Virus record (IMG/VR): IMGVR_UViG_3300012953_000080
Span: 1-37,644 of that record
Source of the DNA: a virus
Lineage: Duplodnaviria > Caudoviricetes
DNA length: 37,644 nt
Strand: one strand, 5' to 3'
Below the pieces are notes generated by a model. That model was not told the DNA's origin. It made no database searches and was given only the letters and a program-made list of their open reading frames with translations. Positions 25,796 through 34,700 of the stretch are shown here, one piece after another (the first letter of the stretch is position 1; the number at the start of each line of letters is the position of its first letter). A program made the position numbers and the translations under genes.

Positions 25796-28700
25796 GTTGA
25801 AAGATCTGGGATGGATCGAAGTTGGAGACGACTGTGTTACCAGTTTGTACAGATAGGACTGCAGAGTTGGAGTAAACAGGAGTTGCACCAGCATAAGTGA
25901 TTGCAACACGGAACTCATCTGCGTCATCAGCTTGTATAGTTGCATTACTGTTATATGTTGCTGCTGTAGCACCAGTTATGTTAGCCCAGTTAGTTTCACC
26001 ATACTGCTTACGTTGCCACTGATAGTTAAGTCCGACTATTGTTTCAGCAGGATCACCATCTGCAGCACTGAAGTGTGCTACAACAGTGAAGCTAGCAGTC
26101 TGACCTTGGTTAACTGTTACGTTAGAAGGATTACGTGTGATAGCAATTAGACCAGCTTCAATTTCTATTGGTTCACCAGTTTGAGCATTAATTCCTTCAC
26201 CTGCGTAGACATCGAATCCACCGTTAACTGGAGGTCCATCTGGAGATACAAATGTATCTTCAACGGTATTTTCTACAGCAACGATTGGTTGTGCGTATCC
26301 AATACCTGCAGATCCAATATCAATTCTAGCAACGCCCATTAAGGCACGTACACGACCATCAAATCCAGTAGATGAAATAACACTAACTGAAGGAGTCTCA
26401 GTGTAACCGTTACCTGGGTTGGTAATTATTGTTTGCTCGATAGTACCAGAGCGAACACTTGCCAATGCAGCAGCATTACGTCCCTTAACAGTACCAGTAT
26501 ATTCGAATGTTACAAGAGAATTGGAAGACTCAATTAGTGCAACCTCACGTGGAACAATCTCATCTTCACCTTCGATGAAGAGTTGGTCACCTGCCTCAAT
26601 TGGAGGTACGACTGTAGCAGCAATAACGTCTGCGTCAGAACCAATGTAGGAGAATCCAACAAATGTTGTTCCCGCACGTGGGACTTCAGCAAAGATGATA
26701 CGTGAACCAACTAGTTCGTAACCTACGCCTGGTTCCTGAATAACACCGTTGAGTGAAACCATGATGTTATTCTCTGGTTTAATCACGTTAGACTGAACAC
26801 CTTCAGTTAGTGTTAATGAGTAGAATCCACCACTTTGCTTAAGGTTGAATGAAGATCTTAATGAGTCAAACTCGAAGGAAATATCATCCAACTGACGTAA
26901 TTTACCAATGTAGTATCCGATGAAATCAGATCCAACATCAGGTGCCTCAGCAAATGTGATAATGTCTGAGGATGCAGTGTAAGCACCAGTAGCACCAGGT
27001 GGTTGTAAAATTCCATTAACGAAGATCAACATGTGACCAGCAGGATCAGGTAGATATTGCTGACCATTAGAGATTGTAAGATTGAACTGTGTCTGCGTAC
27101 CGTCAAATCCACGGAAGTAACGATCAACACGTCCAAGTAAATTCTGAGCAGTTGATACACCAGCGATCCATCCACCATCGGACTTAACTGTCATGTTATC
27201 TACAAAATCACCTTGTACATCTTCTAACCAACAACGGGCAGTAATACCAGATTGTTCGATAGCAATTATCTTACCGTATGAAGAGTATCCTGTCTCAGTG
27301 TAGTTTGATGCTGTTGCATAGATTAATGGGAAGTTCTGTAAGTTATCAAACTTACCAATGTTGTATCCACCAGTTGCGGCTAAAGACCCATCAGGTTCAG
27401 TTGTTGGTTCTGATGCATCACCTGTCCAGTAATTTTGCAATCCAGCAATATAGAGATCGTTAACGTTATCGTCAGGTCTGTTATCATACTTGGTTACATA
27501 TCCCCACCAGCCAGGGTTTGTTGGTGTGGTTCCCTGAAGTAGATAAACTTTATCACCTTTAACAAATGTACCAGAATACTCACTGTCTGTAATTACCTGA
27601 GATAATGTTAGTTTTCTAACTTTCTCACCATGTATGTAGGTGTTAATTGTAATTGGAGAACCACCATCTGTAATGCCTACAAAATCAAGGATTTTTTCTG
27701 TCTTAGATCCGTAGATTATATCACCAGACTGGAAGGTACCAGTAATAGTTTCAACGTCTATTGTTACACGACCACCGCTATTATCTGTAAGAACACCTGA
27801 CTTATTATCATAACTGCTTAGATATGCTTCTGTAGCAGTGGTATCCTTAAACATCCAATCACCTTGTAGGAATTCACCTACCTTAGTGTTGATCAACATG
27901 CGATCTTCAACCACTGCAGTTACAATAGCAGTTGCACCAGAGTCAACACCTTCAATAGTTTGACCAGCAGAAATAGTTCCCTGAACTAGTTCAAGTTTGA
28001 TCCAACCTAATTGGTTCTCATCTCTAATAACCCTCTGCATTACATAACCATTATTAGCAGTTGCACCTTGTACTTGAACTTGCTCACCATTCACGAATGA
28101 TATGGAAGACATGGTATTTAAACCATAGTACTTGAAGGTTTTAACAATATCTGCATTGTTGATGAAACTGCTTGCAATTTCAGCAGATGCACCAGTTGTT
28201 GTACCAACTAGAACGTCAGCAATATTAAATCCAGCAGTTATTGGTTGATCAATATCACGTGTACCATAAGTGTTAGCAATACGATCAATTCCAGAACGAC
28301 GAACTGTGAAGAATTGCTGGTTACCAGCATTAGTTGTATCTAATGCAAATGGACGGTACCTTGCATCATGCTTAGGCATACGAGCAATCTCGAACCAATC
28401 TGCCTGTGCGTTGAGGACATAGTAATAAGGTTGATCATTAGCACCAGATAATGAATTAGCAGATGCAAGAACATATTTAACAACATCACCACGACGGAAG
28501 AAGTTAGTTCTATTAATTCGTGCACGATTCTCTTCTCTTTCATATCCAACTTCAACTGTTGGTGTTAGATTAACTAGAGCAGGATCGGTATTGTAATCAA
28601 CACCTTCATCGTACTTGTTAGAGTAGTTAACTACATCAGTAGCAGCATTAAATGTTACTAAGTTATCTGTTGGGAATGTTGCTCTTTCTATAGCAAATTC

Positions 28701-31700
28701 TAAGCAGTTTAGTGAACTATCAAAATTAAATTCTGTAGTTTCCTGATCCCATTCTAGGTGACGACGATATCCTTGTACTTCAGGATAACGGTAAACATCG
28801 TAAGTATTCCATCCAGCATTCTCTGGATCTTGAACAACTTCCTTAGCATATTCTCTTATTTTGTTTACACCATATAATAAACGAATTCTATCTACAGTAG
28901 GATAAGCGATGAATTGACCTTCTCCATCAAACCATGTTCCAGCAAGTTCAAACGCAGAAGCATTACCATCTGTAGTTAAATCATATATACCTGCTTCAAG
29001 AACTGCCTGGAAGAATGGTAAATCTGGATTGTCACCAAGAGGATAATTTGCTAGAGTTGCAGCAAGAGCACGTGAAGTAATTGCTTGATCATTAAATCTC
29101 AAGTAATGTCCTGTATTGCGATTAGAGTATGAACCAGCACCAAGAGTATCCGTAATTAAATCAAACGCAGTGGTCATTGCTGAAACAACGTTATAGCAAG
29201 TATACTGTTGATAAAGTGTATTGGTGTATGGTGGTACAGTTCTTGTTAAACCACTTAAGTGATTTGTATTAGTCTTAGCACTTTCTATTGTATTAACAAC
29301 AACATCAAATAATGTGCTTATAGCAGAAGCAGTAGTTGAACATGTTTGATCCCAAGTTGCAGCAGCAGTTTGATATGTGACTGTTAGATCTCTCTCAGAA
29401 ACGTCACCGTGATAATGGCATGGCCAGATAGATGGTAACGAGCGATTAACAGAATCAAGACTTGAACCAGAATTGATGGTATCTGTAATAATACCAAACA
29501 TGGTAGTTATTGTTGCAGCAACATTAGCACAAGGACCATTACCTGAACCTGTAGGTAATGTACGAGTACCACTAACTGCATTGGTGCTAATTGCATCCAT
29601 CACAATATCAATTAATGTAGTTGCAGCAGCGACCTCTGTTGGACATGCTGGTTGCGTTACATCAGTAGTAATTGTTGTATCTCTATACTGAATTAGGTTG
29701 TGGGTACCATATACAGGGGTCTGAATATTTCTAATAATTTGAGTAATGATTTCTTTGGTAAGAGTCATAATACCAAGACTCCATTTCTCCTCAAAGTAAT
29801 TGTTGAGGTGAGTCTGAGTAACATACTCCATCGCCATATCATATATCTCATTGTTACCACCATATGCAATATGGTATGCAACACCTCTCAATATACGCTC
29901 AACGTCATCACAGCAATTCTGATTTCCACCAGGAATTGTGTAAAGTTTGTTGATTGAATTATCATGTGCACGTACAAACTTATGGGTGTAAGAACCACCA
30001 GTTTGTATAGCACCAGAAGTTGCACTCACAAATGTATGATCATGCACTCCACCAGTGATTACACATGCCTTAGTAATACCATCATTTGAACCACTTACGA
30101 ATGTATGTACAGTAACATTGGTTGAAGGAATAACATCAAGAACAACAACTTCAAATGTGTCAGTAGTTACATTTTGTACTTTCAACCATCTACCTGACAT
30201 TGGGTCAGTAGATCTAGGATATGCATGGTTTCCACCACCTTGTGTACAAGTGAAGGTTACAGCATCATCATCGAATTTAACATATTCATCATTCTCTAAT
30301 TTATGAGCAGCAGCAGTCTTAATTGTCATCACACCTGTTGTTGGATCATAAGTTGTACCTGAAGCAGCAGTCAACTTATTCTCCATTCCTACCCATACGT
30401 GAGCATGTTGATTAGCAGGGAGAGAATCATAACCAACGTTAATTGTAACGGTACCAGTTTGTTTTAAGATTCCATTAGCAACAGCAGATGCAAAGTTGTG
30501 TTGTGATGTATTTTGAGATATACCAACGTTTACATCAAACTCATTTGTTTGTACGTTGAATATTGGTAACCATCTTCCAGCAAACGGATCAGTTGCACGA
30601 GGATATGGATGAAGTGAACCGAAGTCGTCTTTACCACAACGGAAGACTAATGAATCATTTACAATCTGGATGTAAGCATTTGCTTTCTCGATTCCACCAC
30701 TTGCTGCGGAAACGAATGTATGTGTATAGTTACCACCAGTGATCAATGCCTTAGTTTGTTTCTTAAGTGCACTACCAACAGAACTTACAAATTTGTGTGC
30801 ATAGTTACCACCAGCAATTACTGAGTTAGCAAGTGCAGATTGGAATACATGAGTTGTAGTATTTGTAGACGGTACATTATTAAGAACATTGATTGTTATG
30901 GAAGTAGAGTCAGCAGCAATGATAGGTAATGAATTATCATATGATGGGTCACGCTTGGCAAGTATACCATTAGCAGATGTTGCTGTACATACGTGAGTAG
31001 TTGTATTTGTTGAAGGAATATTATCAAGTACAACGACAGTAAACTTACTAGCATTTACATAAGTAATCTTCAACCAACGACCATTTACAGGGTCGGATGA
31101 ACGTGGATATGTATGATCGCTTGCTTGACCATCTTCATCACATCTGAAGGTTAATGAATTTTGAGCAATCTGAATCCAATCTCCAGTGTTTAAATTATGA
31201 GGTCCAGCGGTCTGGATCATCAAAACACCAGTAGTAGGATTATATGTTGTACCACCAGATACAGCAGTATGATTATCAGTAAGACTTCTAGGATATGCAT
31301 GATCTGATGATTGACCATCTTGATCACAACGGAAAGTAAGTGCATTCTCTGCTAACTTAATACTGTCTCCCTGTGAAAGGGTATGTGATCCAATAACGAT
31401 CTGCATATTACCCGTAGTTGGGTTGTATGAAGCACCAGTTGGAGTGTAATTTACTATAGGAGTGCTGCCAACATTTACATCGAAAGTATTTTCTGTGATG
31501 TTAGATACATCCATCCACTTACCTGATACAGGGTCGGATGAACGTGGATAGGTATGATCTGTAGCATAGTCATCCATCTCACATTTGAATGTAATTCCAT
31601 CATCATCAATCTTAACTTTTTCACCTAGATTGAATCCATGCTTAGGAACAGTAACAGTCATCTTACCACTTGATGCTGTATATGATGCATCGATGATAGT

Positions 31701-34700
31701 ATGTGATGTTTGACCAGTAGCAGCATTAACGAAGTTGTGAGCAAACTGATTTGAACTAGCAGCAACACCAACATCAACAGTGATTGTTTTCTCTGTAGAA
31801 TGAACTATATGAAGTGGTACATTATATGCAGGATCACTAGATCTTGGATATGCATGATCTGTAGCGTAGTTGTCTTGTGCACAACGGAATGTTAATGAAT
31901 TTGCTTCAAGTTTAACAGTCTCACCAGCATGTCTAATACCATTCTTTGCAGCAGCAACGAAGGCATGTGATGTAGTGTTAGTTGGTGAAGTTCCCTGAAG
32001 AATATTACATTCAAATGTATTTGTTTGTACGTTTGATATAGTAATAAACTTATCACTAGCAGGATCAGAAGCACGTGGATATGTGTGCTCAGTTTGATTA
32101 CTATCCTGACCACATGTGAATGTTAATGAATGATCAGCAACCCTTATCTTATCACCATTAGCAAATCCATGATTAGGAACAGTAAGAGTTAATAAACCAC
32201 TAGAAGCATTATAAGTAGCACCCGTTGCTGTATGATCTGTATGACCACGAAGACCGTGAGGTCCAGGTGTGGTAAGAGTCATATAACCAGTTGTCTGATT
32301 ATACTCAGCATTAGATACATCCCACTGTACTATTGGAGATTTACCAACAATAACTTCGAATGTGTTTGTTGTGACAGAGGTAATTGTTAACCACTTATTT
32401 GCAACAGGATCACTCTTTCTTGGATATGTGTGGTTGGAAGATCCACTATCCATTGTGCACTGGAATGTTAATGAATTAGGAGCAATCTTAATTTGATCAC
32501 CAGCAGTAAATCCATGACTGTTTAGAGTCATTTTCATTACACCAGTCTTAGCATTATACTGTGCACCAGTTACCTGATGTGTAGTTGATGCAGCAAAGTT
32601 ATGTCCACTAATTTCCAGTGTCATTACACCAGTTGTAGGTACATAAGTTGCATCAGTAGCAGTATGTTGTGTTGATCCTACAGAATCAACATTAATAGAG
32701 GTATTGAAGAATGGATCTGCTCCACCATCTCCTGCGATTCTTCTAGGATATGTTTTCTGTGCAGAGTTTCCATCCATTGCACAAGTAAACTTCAGAGTTT
32801 CAGCACCAAGTTTTAACTTATCACCTGTCTTCAATCCGTGTGATCCAATGGTTAGAACCATTACACCAGTTTGATGATCATAAGTTGCAGTTGATACATC
32901 ATAATTAACATTTGGTGTTGAACCAACGTTGATAGTGATTGATCCGTCTTGCTTCTCTAATCCATTGTTAGAAGCACTAACAAATATATGTGCAGATTTA
33001 TTAGGGGAAGCACCGATATTAACTTGGAATGAACTTCCTGATACTCCAGAAATAACTAACCACTCATCACTGAATGGATCTGTTGCACGTGGATATCTAT
33101 GCCATGTATCATGTTGATCAGCAGCACATGTGAATACTAATGATCCATCTGCAATTCTAACTCTGTTACCATTAGAGAATCCATGATCAGGTATCTGGAT
33201 AACTAAGTTACCAGAACTAGGATCATAAGTTGCACCTGTAACTGTCTTAGATATAGTACCAACTTCCTGAATTACAATATTAGTATTTCTAGTTGGATCG
33301 GATGCTCTTGGATAAGTATGGTTTGTACCATTATTATCCATACTACATGTGAATGTTAAAGAATCATCAGCAAGTTTAATTGTTGATTTTTCAGTTAGAT
33401 TATGTAAACCAATATTCAACCACATATCACCAGTTTCAGGATTATATGTAGCAGCAGTTGGAGTGTAATTAACAGCAGCAGTTGTTCCAACATTTACGGT
33501 AACGGTACCGTCTTGACTCTTAACACCACCAGTTACAGCAGAAACAAAGGTATGCTGATATAGTGGGTTGAATTGAATAGCACCAGCAAGAGCAGACTGC
33601 CATACGTGAGTTGTGTTATTAGAAGAAACACCAACGTCAATAGTAATAGTTGTACCAGTTATTGCAGTAACAGGAACATGCTGTTCGAATGATCTATCAC
33701 GCTTTTGCTTAATTCCATTAGCAGTACCACTTACAAATGTATGAGTAGTTACGTTTGTAGAAGGTGTAGTTGTTAAGACTTTAACTGTAAATGTTTGTCC
33801 AACAACAGCGGAAACTTGTAACCACTTACCACTTACAGGGTCAGTAGATCTTGGATATGAATGGTTGCCACCACCCTCTAAACAAGTAAAGGTTACAGCA
33901 TTATCTTCAAACATTACCCAGTCACCTACCTTAATACCATGTGTGGTTCCTGTGTCAACAACCATGAGACCTGTAGTTGGACTATATGTTGTACCAGTAG
34001 TAGCCTGATGTGTATCAATTATATTTCTTGGATATGCATGATCGCTTGCTTGACCATCTTCATCACAACGGAAGGTTAATCCTCCAGTCTTGATCATAAC
34101 TTTAGAATCGACAGAAAGATCATGAGATCCGATTGTTAACTCAAGAAGACCAGTAGTCGGAGTGAATGCTGCAGCAGTTGGAGTGTACTCAATAACTGGA
34201 GCAATATGTACATCAACTTTAAAACTATCGTTCCATGCTTCTGTTACTGGTAACCACTCGTCACTAGCATAGTCAGTATATCTTGGATATGGATGTAGTG
34301 ATTGATGATTATCAGCATCACATGTAAATGTAAGTGCACCATCTTCAATTAAGACAGAATCATTTGCTTTCTCAAATGTTGATTTAGTAATTGCGTTACT
34401 TGCAGTTCCACCATTATATGTGTGGACTGTTGTATTTGTAGAAGGAGCATTTGCCAATACCTGAACATCGAGTGTGTCAGTAGTAACATTGAATGCTCTA
34501 ACATGTCCTGCAGCAGCAGGGTCAGCATGTGTAATTCCGTTAGCAGCACCACTTACAAATACGTGAGCACTAACGTTACTTGAAGGAGTAATCTCAAGTA
34601 CTTTGACTTCAAATGTACTTGCTGTAACATTTGATATTCTTAAGAACTTACCACTAGCAGGGTCAGATGAGCGAGGATATGTGTGGTTAGTAGCATTGTT

